Notes: generated by a model from the sequence alone, not told the origin. Positions 12,578 to 25,392 are shown, counted from the first letter of the stretch. The stretch: DNA of 64,000 nucleotides from Eledone cirrhosa (GCA_964016885.1 OZ024740.1:301444001-301508000), one strand, 5' to 3'. A program made the numbers and translations.

Positions 12578-12580
<3 letters not shown>
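11633..12580 (-). repeat. Partial tandem element: direct repeats 11633-11960 and 12251-12580, period ~618 bp
   Basis: Near-identical 330 bp direct repeats, bounded by (TA)n on both sides. Confidence 0.85.
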
Positions 12581-12621
<41 letters not shown>

Positions 12622-12626
<5 letters not shown>

Positions 12627-15600
12627 TCGGGTAAAATTTCCCGAGATCCATAGACGAGTTCTCTCCAGGGGTCTCTGACCCTCATTACGGCTGCCATGTC
12701 CTGCGTCTCCAACAGACCAGTGTCTGTTCTTAGGGCATCAACATACGTTAACCTTGGACTTCCGCTTCCAGTGTGTCCATGTAGGGGCTCCCACAGGAGC
12801 ACTGAGTGCAATGTCAACTCTGGATGTCGGTGAGCATGTCCAGCTAAGCTCAGTCTCCTCTGTATCGCTTTTGAGCTGACTTTTGGGAGGCTCCCATACA
12901 TCTCTGAGTTTTTCATCATCAGTGTATACTGATTAATGTTCAGAGACAACCTCACCATTCTCGTGTAGCACCCATCCACCATCTGAGTGAGTTTCTTGGT
13001 CAGTGTCCAAGTCTCAAACCCGTACAGCAGCACAGATTCCACTACAGCAATGAAGGGGAGGATATTCTGGTCTTTACGAAGGTCCGACTTCCACACCGAT
13101 CTCAAGCTGTGGCATGCCGCCCAGGCTTTGCTCTTCCTCTCAACCACATCATCCTCCGTATTCCCAATCTTTGCTCTCAAATACAGGAAGCCCTCAACCA
13201 ATTCTAACGGCTTCCCGACTACATTAGTGATCCCCTCTGGCTTCTCAACATTCTCTACCATATATTTTGTGTTAGTCTCATTCATTCTCAGCCCCACACT
13301 CATCGACACAGTCTCAACCTCCTGCAACAAATCCTCTGCCTCCTTCACTGTATTTGACACCAAAACCATGTGGTCGGCAAATTCAGCATCTGATACCTTT
13401 TTCGCCTTAACTCTCCTGCTCTGAGCCGGTGCTACAGTAAAGCCAGAGTCCGGGTGTTTCTCCAGTGCAAGGCGCATGCAATAGTCCACTACGATGATAA
13501 AAAGGTAGGGAGCCAATGTATCTCCCTGGATCACTCCAGCCAGTATCTCAAAGAACTCTGTCATCCCGTCAGGTGTAATGACTTGTTCTTTGGTGTTGGT
13601 GTAGAGCAGTGATATCAGGTCCACTATCTTCTTAGGGATTCCATAAGCTTGTAGGATCTTCATCAGACAGTGATGGTCCACAGAATCAAAGGCCTTCCCA
13701 AAGACAAGAAAAGCCATGACCGCAGGAAGGCACTTTGCTCTAGCTCCCTCTAATATCCTCCTCAGTATCAGGATGTGACTGGTGGTTGATCTTCCCTCTC
13801 TGAAGCCGTTCTGGTTGTCCCTGAGCTTCTTCTCCATCTCAGGCTGGATCCTGTTATGAATCATCCTGTTGAGGGTCTTTGCCACAATTGACGTCAGTGA
13901 GATCCCCATGTAGTTGTTGGTGTTAGAGAGATCTCCCTTCTTTGGCACTGGGACGATGTTACTGATCCTTCACTGATTCGGGGCAACTCCTTTCTCCAGG
14001 GCCCGGTTACAGAACCCCAGGATGAAATTATCAAAATCACACCTCTTCATCACCTCTGATGCCACTCCATCTTCTGCATGAGCCTTGCCTTCCTCTCGGG
14101 TGAAGGGCTCTGTCTCAATATCCAGTTCCTCAAACAGCCGCCTGATCTCCACAGTGCTCTGGCCTGTGGAGGGTGGCTCTCCTAGTAGTGTCCTTAAATG
14201 GTCTAGCCATTTCCTCTTCCTGTCCTCGGGCCCCATTCCCTGGATCTTACTCGAACACCTTCTCTTCCTCCCTGTGACCTTGTTGATGATCATCCAGCTC
14301 GCCTTACATCCAGATCTGTCAACCGCTCTCTCCACACTTCTGATCTTCTCTATCAGTGCCTCCTGTCTGACCTCAGTGTAAGCGGCACATAGCTCTTCCC
14401 TCATCACCTCCAAAGTCTCCATCCTCTCCTCCGTAGGATCAGCATAGAATTGGTCCTTGGCAGCCATCAAGTGTTCTCTGGCTGTACACACTTTTGGGTT
14501 TGCAGTGCTGACGTGCTTCCTTTTGTTCTTTTTCCTCAGCACCTTGGTTTCACTTGCTTCCGCCACTGCATTGGTGAAGTACACGTACCTCCTCGTCACA
14601 CTCTCCTCAGTCCATCCAATTTCTGTCTCCTCTGTCTCCCACACAGAGCACTGAACCTGTCCCTCACTTCCACTGTGAACCTCTCCTGTAGCTTATCATC
14701 TTCCTTGAAAGCTCCCCAGTCTTAGATTGCTCTCCGGGGCTGAGCTTTGCTCTTTCTTAAGCTGACGCGGACCTCACTCATAACAAGCCGTTGGTCACTA
14801 TCCAGTGTACTGAAATAGTTGTATGGTTCTGTGTTCAGAACACTATTCCGCCACTTTTTCCTCACCAGAATGAAATCAATCTGGGACTTGGACAGGTGCA
14901 TATCTGAGATGTAGGTTCACATCTTCTCCGGATTCTTCCTAAGCCTTAGGTTGGTCGCTATCAAGTTCGCCTCCAGCAGTGTGTCTCACAGTAGTCATCC
15001 ATTACGGTTGGTGTTGTTATGGAAGTACCAGCAAGGGTCTTCACTGCCCTCCTTACTCAGATTTGCATTGAAGTCCCCCCAAACAAGCAGGATGTTGTGT
15101 GCTTGAGTGGTGTTGACAGCTCTACACACCTCCTCATGGAACTCTTCCGCACTCACATCACTGTCCCCCTCGGTTGGACTATAGGCTGAGATGACTGTCA
15201 GTCTTGTGTTTCCATTGAAGGTCACGCTCACACTCGCGGGGTGACAGGCACTATTTCCCTCGCCAATAGACTGGTTTTTGTGCTGAAAACCAAACCCACT
15301 CCTCCCACTGCAGTATTTGTCATGTTCCTCACTGCCGATGTGGTGATGAGCTGGCTCCTCTTCCCAATCATCACACTCATCACGGGCTCATCGTGTAGGA
15401 TCATGTGTTCTTGGATCGCAAGTATCTGTATACCACTCTCCTCGAACAGATGTCCCAACTCCTCTGTCTTCTCCAGCGTCCGAATAGTCCTCACATTCAA
15501 AGTGCCCATTTTGATGGCTCTGCTGCAGGACAAAACTGCATTCTTTATATTTGTCTCAGAGACAGCTGATTCATCATCCACTGGCCCTCTCTGTGGCACT

Positions 15601-15899
15601 AAGCCAGAAGAGTCATAACGACCAGACTGCTCCTTGACTGTGTAATTACGGGCCGTAACCATAGTGCTGTTAGAACGACTCTCCATATTTCTTTTGAATG
15701 ACTGACAATACCTTACCGGCGCCACTCGAATAAGGTAGTTATTTAACCGATAAATGGAGCCCTAACAGGTACTACTACTCCGGGCCAGAGCAGACCTGGG
15801 AGTTATGACAACTAAGGGGTACCTGCACATTCCCCACAGCTCCTGAACTCCCAAACTGGAGCCTTGCCACTGGATGTAGTTTAATGTCATACCCAGAAC
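12622..15899 (-). mobile_element. Full-length RTE-clade LINE, frameshifted (5' UTR, APE, RT)
   Basis: APE: MGTLNVRT...IQEH...SAYSPT...GDFNA. RT: PKKGDL...YMGISL...QNGFR...KAFDSV...QGDTLAPYLF...FADH. 3' end abuts (TA)n; 5' UTR runs to 15899. Confidence 0.92.
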
Positions 15900-15954
15900 A
15901 ATATATATATATATATAATATAAGATCAAAAGATGGTTAAAGGAGTTCAATATA

Positions 15955-16021
15955 TTTTATTATGCGCATTTCAAAAACAAACATCATCAAACAATAATAT
16001 TTGTGTTTTCATCAGATAAAA
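15955..16021 (-). ncRNA. Type I hammerhead ribozyme (family A)
   Basis: TTTTAT CTGATGA AAAC...TTTT GAAA TGCGCA TA ATAAAA: stem I TTTTAT/ATAAAA, intact core, palindromic stem III. Confidence 0.85.
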
Positions 16022-17266
16022 CAGGAGAACATGATATGAAGGCTAAAAAAACACTTGTTGATAGTGCAGTTTTAAATCAACATATGAAAAGTGGTTTTAG
16101 ATTGATGTGTGATATTGGGAAAAATATTTTATTTAGAGAGGGGGGGAGAGAAAAGGATGAAAAGGGAAGGAGATGAGAGGGAGAGATGGGTGATAGAGAG
16201 AAAGAGATAGTTTTTATAACTGAGAGGAGATATATTTTATATAGAGGGGTTGAAAACCGTTGGAAGATACTGTATAAATTAAAAATTTTGAAAATTAACG
16301 AAGGGAGGATATGTGCGAGGAAAAAATATATTATATTTAGGGAGGGGTGGGGGTGGAAAGGATGAAAAAAAGGGGAGGAGATGAGAGTGAAGGTGGAAAG
16401 GGAGAGATGGGTGATAGAGAGAAAGAGATAGTTTTTATAACTGAGAAAAAGATATAATGTTTTAATATAGAGAGGTTGGGAACCGTTGGAAGATAATGTA
16501 TAAATTAAAGGAATTTGAAAATTAACGAAGGGAAATTATGTATGGAGATAGAGAGAAAAAAATAACGAAGGGAAATTATGTATGGAGATAGAGAGAAAAA
16601 AATAATAATAATTGTGGGTGAATATTCTAACGTCAAAAGGAGAAATGTAGGAATTTTAAAATTAGCAAAGAGAAAAAGTTTATGTGTAGAAGGATTTGAG
16701 AAAAATAATGTGAAGTTAAAGTTTTTATATTGAATTCATATGTATTAATAATGAGTTCGGTGATGGGGAGAAAAAAAAAAATAATAATAAATTAAGGATG
16801 AAATTGAGATTAAAAAGATTTATGATAGAGAGAAAAAATAATAATGATTGCGGATGAATACTCAAAATGTCAAAAACAAATGTTATTGTTTTACGAGGAG
16901 ATATAATGAGGGTGATGAGTAAACGGGTATTATAGAGTGTATAATGCCCTTTAAAGTAAGGTAGATGGGTATATTTTAAAGAATATATGAGTATATATTA
17001 AAAAAATATATAATAATAAATTAAGGATGAAATTGAGATTAAAAAGATTTATGATAGAGGGAAAAAATAATAATGATTGCGGATGAATATTCAAAATGTC
17101 AAAAACAAATGTTAATGTTTTACGAGAAGATAGGATGAGGGAAATGAGTAAACGAGTATTATAGAGTGTATAATGCCCTTTAAAGTAAGGTAGATGGGTA
17201 TATTTTAAAGAGGTGTATGTATATGTGCCTTTGAGAAAAGATTCTAAATTGATAAAGAATTGAATA

Positions 17267-17640
17267 TTAACTGTATACTTTGTGAAAAGTTCTATGGAAT
17301 TTATGCAGGCAGATGGAAAACAAATCCGAGCGTCTATTTATTATGGATTCTAGGTTAGAGATAATGGTAAATTTTTCATTTAGGCAGAGATTACAGATTT
17401 TAGATAGAGAGCTGTTCAAGTACGAGGATGCAGAAGAAATCTTTTTCCAAAAGATGTTATATTTAATGTTTTTGTCTTTTAAGGACCATATGAGTTCTGA
17501 GAGAGCAGTGTTAGTTCTTTTAAGTTTGTATTTGAAAGATGAATGATGATTATAGAGACGAGCTTTAAAAGAGGTGGAAGTGGAGCCAAAATAGGTGAAG
17601 GAATTGGTGCTAGTTATAATTTTACATTCATAAATTAAAA
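17267..17640 (-). pseudogene. PLE GIY-YIG endonuclease fragment (Naiad-like)
   Basis: LIYECKI...YFGST...FKARLYNH...SF...TALS..IW.LK...W...CNLCLNEK...INRRSD...CLH. Confidence 0.85.
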
Positions 17641-18325
17641 TTCCTACATTTCTCCTTTTGACGTTAGAATATTCACCCACAATTATTATTATTTTTTTCT
17701 CTCTATCTCCATACATAATTTCCCTTCGTTATTTTTTTCTCTCTATCTCCATACATAATTTCCCTTCGTTAATTTTCAAATTCCTTTAATTTATACATTA
17801 TCTTCCATTGGAAGTGATTGGTTGCTTACGGCGAGTGGGTTGGTTGCTAGAAAGTGCAGCCAATATCGCCCAAATTGTGTCTCAACATTACGGGAGATTA
17901 TTAACTATAAATATTTAGAAAAACACAAATTAAAGCAAGTCACAGATATATATGTGTTTGGGCAACCATTCACGATGTGGCTCAATGAATAATTAATAAA
18001 TTAAATAATCAGCGCAAAATACTATAGAGTAAAGCAAGTCCATTGAATTATTTGATAATATATATATACATCATTTCTTCTCCCAATTGGCAAAATTAAC
18101 CACACAAAAAATCATTTAGACTAGGCTATAAGTTTAAAAGGCACCTATGAAGAAACAGTAAATAAATATACTACAGCAGCGTCTTCGAGGTCAACTGCTA
18201 TAAAATATCTACCCAGCATTTGAATAGCTCGTGGAAATTAATTAAATATACGGTCAACCATACACAATTAGGTATAAAATTAAAGTTAGAAATGCTTATA
18301 CACATACCAGGATTAAATTACTAAA

Positions 18326-18402
18326 TCCCGACCCATGGGTTTCGTTCTCATTTTGAGATATCCTATTAAGGATAAATCTTGAGTTTCGAACTCTTCAGGG
18401 GA
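18326..18402 (-). ncRNA. Type I hammerhead ribozyme with extended stem II
   Basis: TCCC CTGAAGA GTTC[...TATCCT TAAT AGGATA...]GAAC GAAA CCCATGGG TC GGGA: all three stems pair and the core is canonical. Confidence 0.85.
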
Positions 18403-18436
18403 CAACCTCGCTAGGACAGATTTATTTCTGATGTGG

Positions 18437-18556
18437 CCCCCGCCAAACACGTATTCAAAATGGCTGAGAACTGTGACGTGACAGCGGTCAAGTCAGAAAG
18501 ACTGTGATTGGTTGCTTACGGCGAGTGGGTTGGTTGCTAGAAAGCGCAGCCCAATA
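18437..18556. promoter_or_regulatory. Promoter-like motif cluster inside the tandem unit
   Basis: CCCCGCC (GC-box), CAAAATGGCT (YY1-like), TGACGTG (CRE/ATF-like), GATTGG and CCAAT (NF-Y), GTTGCTAGAAA (RFX-like). Mostly retained in the 43.1 and 43.85 kb copies. Confidence 0.5.
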
Positions 18557-18774
18557 TCACCCAAATTGTGTCTCAACCTTACGGGAGATTATTAAATATA
18601 AATATTTACACATACACCAATTAAACCAAGTCACAGATATGTATGTGTTTTGGCAACCATTCAGGGTGTGGCTCAATGAAGAATTAATAAATTAAATAAT
18701 CAGAGCAAAATACTATAAAGTAAAGCATATCCATAGAATTATTTGATAATATATATATATATACATATACATAT

Positions 18775-19500
18775 AAAGAAGAAATTAAAAGATGGTTAAA
18801 AATGTTCCATATATTTTATTATACGCATCTCGAAAACAACCTCATCCTGGGACAAAAATTGTGTTGTCATCAGATAAAATAAGATAACATGATATGAGGC
18901 CTAAAATCACTTGTGAACAATAAAGTGTCCACTCAACATATGACAGAAATATAAGAGAAGAGAAAAATAGGAAAAATGAAGAAAAGGAAAGAAGAAGGAA
19001 AAAGGAAAAAATAAATAGAAGAGAGGAAAATAGAAAGAGAGAAGGAGGAGAGAGAAAGAGAAAGAGAAAGAGAGAGAGAGAGATACTTTTGATCGGGAAC
19101 GTTGTCAAATATGAAAAAAACAGCTGTAAATAACGGCTAAAAAAATAATAAAAATAAATAAATATGAGGTGAATGTGCTAATATTACAAATATTAGTGGT
19201 CTAGAATATAGAACCTGGGTATATTATTTCATATTGAGTTTGAATACTAAAAATTGGATTAAGAAGTTTAAAAATCTATTAATAAAATAAAATAAAATAA
19301 AATAAAATAAAATAAAATAAAAATTAAATTAAAAATAATTATAATAATTATAAAAAAGGGGGGAGTTTTAAAATAAAATAAAATAAAATAAAATAAAATA
19401 AGATAGATTAGAATAAAAAATAAAAATAAGAATAGTCTACCTATGTCAAAATTAAACATTACTATTAAAAATGTATATATAGTATTTGATTATTATTTTA
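18775..19500 (-). mobile_element. PLE 3' remnant related to family A, with mutated HHR at 18814-18879
   Basis: TTTTAT CTGATGA CAAC...GAGA TGCGTA TA ATAAAA (GAAA changed to GAGA); flank similar to family A. Distal boundary approximate. Confidence 0.65.
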
Positions 19501-19505
19501 TATCA

Positions 19506-19692
19506 GGGCGGTGAATTGGCAGTATCGGTAGAGGGTTGGGCGCCATGTTTTCTAGCATAGTTACGTCCCTTTACAGTCTGAATTCAAATCCCACCGAAGT
19601 TAACTTTGCCTTTCATCCTTACGGGGTCGATAAAATAAAGTACCAGTAATGTACTGGGTAATTGCTGGTCTTGTGCCTAAAGTAGAAACAAC
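19506..19692 (+). mobile_element. tRNA-derived SINE, full length
   Basis: Consensus head, B-box, core and tail. Confidence 0.92.
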
Positions 19693-19884
19693 TATTTTAT
19701 ATCAACAAGTAAATCAAGGAAATTGCTAGAAATGTTTATAAACGTAGAAAGACATATTAGGTCATAGATTGTTTAAAAAATCTACGAAAAATTTACGTCA
19801 ATAGAGAAAGAAGGTGAAAGGCTTAACAATGCAGAGAAAAGGGGATTAATATATTGTAGAATATAATGAAATATGTGAGAAAAA

Positions 19885-19968
19885 ATAGTTTTATTGCTCT
19901 ACAATGTTACTCATAGTTTTATTGCTCTACAATATTACTCATAGTTTTATTGTTTTACAATATTACTC
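19885..19968 (+). repeat. 28 bp tandem repeat x3 (ATAGTTTTATTGCTCTACAATRTTACTC)
   Basis: Seen directly. Confidence 0.9.
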
Positions 19969-20002
19969 ACGTCCTACAAATATATATACACATATATATA
20001 TG

Positions 20003-20160
20003 TATGTATGGACTATTTTAGTCCAGAAATAGCCATCGAAATGGCGTGAGCTCTGCGGTCGGTTTAAACTTTTTCCTATTACCCACTCTACTACTCTAAG
20101 TATTGAGTAATTTGGTGCGTTATGGTCCATCTGGTTCCTTACCACACCTCCTTCGTTATA
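20003..20160 (+). mobile_element. Micro-PLE family B (HHR 3' half plus tail)
   Basis: GTCCAGAAATAGCCATC GAAA TGGC GTGAGCTC TGCGG TC, then tail ...GGTTCCTTACCAC...TTCGTTAT(TA)n shared with 39761, 57410 and 58330. Confidence 0.7.
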
Positions 20161-20647
20161 TATATATATATTAGGTTATGCATATGATTACTCTGAATGC
20201 AGTAATGGTTAACTACTACACTATATATATTGTTATACTTGGGGAGGGTCATATTGTTGTAATAATATTTCCAGAAATAATAACAGAACACACTCACTGT
20301 TTGGTTGGTTGTCGCTTCTGCATCTTTTATATCTCTATATTTAATTTATTTAGCAATGAATGTTTATCATTGTTTGACCAGCGGTTAAAAACACAGATAT
20401 AAATATTTATATATAGTCTAACAAAGTTCTTTCATCGCACATCTACGACATCATCAGTGGTACTATTATGATGTTTCCTTCTATTGTGTTGTATTCTAGT
20501 GTTTACGCCAATCAAAGTACCCATGACTATAGCTATGTGGCAAATATAGACAGATGACGAGTAGGTATTCTTCACGCGTCCGTTTTTTCCAAATTTTCCG
20601 TTTCTCCCATATGTCATGTTAATGTATGTACGATATTATTATTGTGG

Positions 20648-20930
20648 ATGTTGACTTTGCCTTTCAACCTTACGGGTCAATAAAGTACCAGTAATGCACT
20701 GTATAATTGCTGGCTTTGTGCCAAACGTAAAAACAATTATTATTGTGGCAGTATCGGTCGAGGGTCGGACACCATGCTTTGCAGCAGAAAGTTACGGCCC
20801 TTTATGATCTGAGTTAAACTCCCGCTAAGGTTAACTTTGCCTTTCATCCTTACGGTGTCGATAACATAAAGTACCAGTAATACACTGGTTAATTACTGGC
20901 CTTGTGCCAAATGTAAAAACAATTAGTATT
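20648..20930 (+). mobile_element. Two head-to-tail SINE copies (20648-20742 partial, 20745-20930)
   Basis: SINE core and tail occur twice. Confidence 0.88.
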
Positions 20931-21439
20931 GTAACCGACACAAACGTTTACTGAAAACTAAATGTGTTGTTTAATATTACAGCTATACCTTGTCATTTCT
21001 ATTTCTCTCTCCCTTATCACTCTCTTTCTGTCTGCGTTTCGATCTGTCACACCCTCAAATCTTGTTGAATTGTTTTTTTTTGTCCCTCAGTCAAGGATTT
21101 TCGGACCATCCATAAGTTCATGGAGGTGCTGTGAATGGAAAAGTTTCACCTTCTATATGTAGATGATTAAGGCGAAATATTTCCTACATGTTTAGTCACA
21201 TCATACACAATTGTTCTTCAGGGAATTTATAAATACTCTTTTTAAAAGTGTCAATAAGCATATAGTGGATGTATGCATGCAGCTTTATCTGGCATTGCAA
21301 CTTTACTCCAATATTTTACTCATCGTTTCAATTTAATTATAAGGTTGTTGATGTTTATTTTGGTAAATTGCCAAGTGTTGATCGAATTTGCATATTGGAT
21401 TTCACTGAGAATTTTACTCGTGTAATAGGTAGTCAAACG

Positions 21440-21945
21440 TGGACTCAGCTAGACACCGACAGCTTGTGCATTGGTTATTTTCCAGGAGCTCGGCGCCCGG
21501 ATGTGTGAATTTCACAAATGCCATTGCCGTTCCACTGTGGGTTCTTCCAGTCTTAACACACCACCAGGCCGTTACAGTGTTCACCGCCTCCCACACAATG
21601 CTGCACTTAACGATATGATAAAGCATGGCCCGGGTGGCGCAGGTTTCACTTCTCAGCTCGAGACAGCGGGGCTGGACCAAAGTGTCGGGAAATAGTCAAA
21701 TGGTAGGACAATCTTCCCGTTCGCCGGTGGTAGTCCCCTCATCTGGGATTCAACAAGTTGTGACTTCCAGTGTTTTGGGCTCTCGGAACACATCCCTGCT
21801 CACTACTATCAGGCTGGATCTCGTTGCCCGCTGGTGCAAGTCCCTCGAGGTGAAATTGCTTTTCCATCACGTTTCCCTCGCTGTCCTCCAGTGAATTGTC
21901 TTCTCCATCCTGCCGGCCCTGACTGCGAGGTGGGCTGACACTTTA
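21440..21945 (+). mobile_element. CRE-clade non-LTR retrotransposon 3' fragment (zinc knuckle plus restriction-like endonuclease)
   Basis: LGARMCEFHKCHC...RLPHNAALNDMIK...LETAGLDQSVGK*SNGRTIFPF.GG.PLIWDST matches the CRE pattern C-C...RH..LND...LEP.GL..DGKRPDG.T..P...G..L.WD.T. Confidence 0.75.
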
Positions 21946-24900
21946 GTTGCATTTATGGTCGTAGCCTTTGGATATGATTTACCTACATATGTAGTCAAAC
22001 GATTGGAAGATTATAAAATTAACATGCCTATGGCTTAGTTAAAAGAGAAAGCAAGGGAAAGTACAATTCACACTATGACCGAACACAAGTTTCGAATGTG
22101 TGCAATAGTGTGGATTCCGTTACTGAGTCATATAGGCCAGGTAGTAATACTAAAGCAATATACAGCGTACATCACTCACACTGATAATTGGCCAGAATAG
22201 ATCTAACAGCATAGTGGAGTGTTAGGAAATACCGCATTGATACAATTATACACTAACTGCATTTGTCTAAATATATTATTTATTACATTTATCACATCGC
22301 TGAATACTGCGACATTCTTGGCATTATCGTTTGTTAATACTTTGAATGGATATTTAAGAAACATGGCAAAGGAAACAGTTGATTGTTTTCTGTATTCCAG
22401 AACTTGCAAATGTGACGTGTTAACGTGTTTGGTATTATTGTTTGAGTGTATATATCGAAACATTATCCAAATACATTTTCTATGTCTGGATATTTGCAAG
22501 CAGTTTAATTTCTATACGCCATCTGAAATCACGAGACACATCCCTATTCTTAAATATAGATGTATATTTAGTTGCTACTGGAGATAGTCATTTGTATGGC
22601 TTTGAGGTTGCCCGCTCTTTGTTTAAATTTAGGTGAGATATCATGCGAGAAAATATTAATACAGGATATGTTAGTACAGTGTTTGCTTTAAAGATAAAGC
22701 GTCAATGAACATCTCATGCCATGTGGCCTTAATTTCAACATTCTAGTGTTTGCTTCATGAATTCGATAGAAGTCCAATTCTAACGTGACAAAGACGAATA
22801 AACATAACTATGTTGTTCGATGTTTCAGTCGAAATCGATCTAAATGAATGGTTTTGGTGCAGCGATAATTCTCTATATGTAATGTAGTTATTCGGAAAAG
22901 AACTATGCGGTTTGAATTTGGAATAAATTTGACAAAGGTGATGTGGTTAAAATTTACCCCCCCCCCCCACACACACACACACAAACAAATGCCTCATCCA
23001 GTATTTTCAAGCGTTTGTTGGTTTGTTTTTTTAAATAAAATATAATTACAATTGCCTTAATATTTTATTTAATTATAGGATATTATGATGAGAAACATTT
23101 CTCGATTGAATAATATCGATAGATGATAACAAATTAGAATGCCATGACATCTTGTTATTTGTCCACAACGGCTAATTGCGCCTGTCACTGCTTACTACCA
23201 GACGGATTCCTCTATCTCTGGACGGTAGTTAATGTAGACCATTTTAGGAGGCATCGAAACTTCTCGCCGTTGCTGTTGCAATGTTCGACAAAATCTTGGA
23301 AACCCGTACACATATCCCTGCCGATATATAACACTAGCCAGCTGCGGTCGGCAGAGACGGAACAGGATTCAGATCCACTATACGGGCACATAGGACGGCC
23401 GTCAAAGCTTTGCGTACAGCACAGACACCTTACTCTGGGCAGGCATTATTTATATATCGACTCTAAAGAAAATATCTAGCACCATTCTCACCGCCAAAAT
23501 GTCGCGTGTGCCGCTTCTTCGAAGCACATTTACTAAATGATAAATCTTTTTCGATATTTTATTCTCAATAAGCTATTATTTTCTGAATGTAACTGGTCCC
23601 AATTTTATTTACTCTCATCAGCATATTGATTTCCTACTAAACTTGTTCGGTGATCTGCTCTAATAAGACTTTCCCCTCGGGAAAACGTGTTTAACTTTCA
23701 ATAACTGATCCCTGCATGTAGCCCAATACAAAGTTTCATGCATAAGACAAGGGGAAATTTGTGATACGTCTAGCCAGGTATCAAATATTTCCGACACATT
23801 CTATTTTCTACTATCTTACAGATATCTAATTAGAAACTAGAGGAATAGTTGCGAATGTTTTCAGTCCACATTCCCATGTCTGGGAAATCCAGTCAAATTC
23901 TGTTAGACATTAGAAAATAATCACACATTATTGACAGGCGTCTGCACACCCCTCTTGTAACAGTTACGATCCATGTTCAGCGAAAATCTCATTCTAAGAG
24001 CCAACTATTATTAATGAGTGGGATGTTTGCAGGAAGTCTCTAAGATTTTACAGAAGTTCAATCTCCTGATCCTGACGGAAAATACCATATTACCAACTTA
24101 AATGCACCAGCGTCCCAGTAGAAGCACTAAACTACTATTTTGATCTACAAACAACATTCTTACATGTATGTTCAGAAATGTTCAAAATATAAACGCAATG
24201 ACAGATAATCGACGAAAGCGGTGCAGTAATCCTCCAGAAAAGTGACAATGGATTGTATTGAGAACCTAATTGTTATCACAACCAAGGACTAGTTGAACAG
24301 TAAGGACTTCTTGAACTGTTGTCCTTTTCTTATGCTGACGCTAGACCAAGTATAATTATGCAGCCTAATTTGAGTAACGCCATTAAAAAGGTAAACCAAA
24401 CCAAAAACAAAAACAAAAGGAACATGGCTCTCTAACTCTTGTCTAAGAGCTCCTCTTCTTCTCTGGAGCCATTATAAGGGCGCCCCGAAGATCTGTTGTC
24501 CAGAATATTTGGAAGTATAGAACGTTTTAGGAATGACTATTCAATGAAATACTTCCTATAGGTTTCTGTAGGAAGTTGTTCCATCCAGGATCACAAACAT
24601 AATTAAACATATTATTATGTTACACTATAACGTGTCACAGTCGAAAAGCTGAGTCCATAGTGTAGCACAGAAATCATAACATATATATATATATATATAT
24701 AATTTTTTAATACATTAACAGAGAAAGCGTTAAGCAATACTCCGACCGGCTTCTGTCTCACTCAACAGACATTAGGATATACCTTAGTATAATCCCAATT
24801 ATACGTTTGGGGTGCTAACTATACGTATTTTGCGGATAGCCAGTCGTATTATTTTATATGAGACATAATTAAAATACATCTCTCTTTCCAAACGATCGTT

Positions 24901-25392
24901 TCATTATAAGTCTTCTACAAATTGGGAAAATAATGTCCTGGTTATGTAGAAGCCTACACATAGTCCGTAGGAATATATGTAGGTGGGCACTTATAAATCA
25001 TCAGTGGATGCCCGACAAATATCGATATAAAAAAACCTTACTGATATTAATGTTCAGCGATGGTACCTCTCCGTGCTAGAATGACCGCCAAATTTGAAAT
25101 CCCAGCAGTCTCACAATGAGAAATCTCACACTGCCATCAAGCGGAAAGGGGAGGTCATCGCAAAACATAAAATAATAAAATAATATGCACGCGGGTCAAT
25201 TAATTCTTTTAATAATTTTGACCATGCGTGAAGAATCAATTGGATATAAAAAAATAAATATATGCATGTATTATTTATACACGCATATTGGTATTTTCTT
25301 AGGCTAAAAACAGAGATAAGATACCGGAATAAAGTAACGGTAGCATTTTGAAAGGGTATGTCAATATTTATTTATAAAACTGGTATATATTG

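Larger units (their letters stand above)
15914..17807 (-). mobile_element. 5'-truncated Naiad-type PLE (family A) with an inverted segment (17635-17807 mirrors 16488-16659)
   Basis: GIY-YIG C-terminus, then a 1.25 kb UTR with internal duplications (16780-16983 / 17008-17210), then an HHR and (TA)n. Confidence 0.85.
17808..18752 (-). mobile_element. Retrozyme-like non-coding tandem element, locus 1 (period 690 bp, ~1.4 units)
   Basis: GTGATTGGTTGCTTACGG recurs at 17814 and 18504; homologous to 42698-44492; contains an HHR and promoter motifs; no meaningful ORF. Confidence 0.75.

Noticed and set aside
12455-12625. C-terminal extension of the 497 aa RT ORF
   Set aside because: Read-through across (TA)n into the neighbouring element after loss of the stop; the sister copy at 57375 has TAG.
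15760-15899. HDV-like or twister ribozyme in the RTE 5' UTR
   Set aside because: Hairpins are present, but I could not fit the nested double pseudoknot by eye.
16021-17640. Selenocysteine recoding or SECIS, as described for some Naiad PLEs
   Set aside because: There is no in-frame TGA in either GIY-YIG fragment (the 38668 stop is TAG), and no convincing SECIS was seen near the HHR.
17641-17716. N-terminus MYGDREKK... of the 149 aa GIY-YIG ORF
   Set aside because: It comes from the inverted UTR copy, so this is not a stand-alone nuclease gene.
23144-24500. GC-richer stretch with a 111 aa ORF
   Set aside because: No recognisable motif or splice pattern; probably old transposon debris that I cannot assign.
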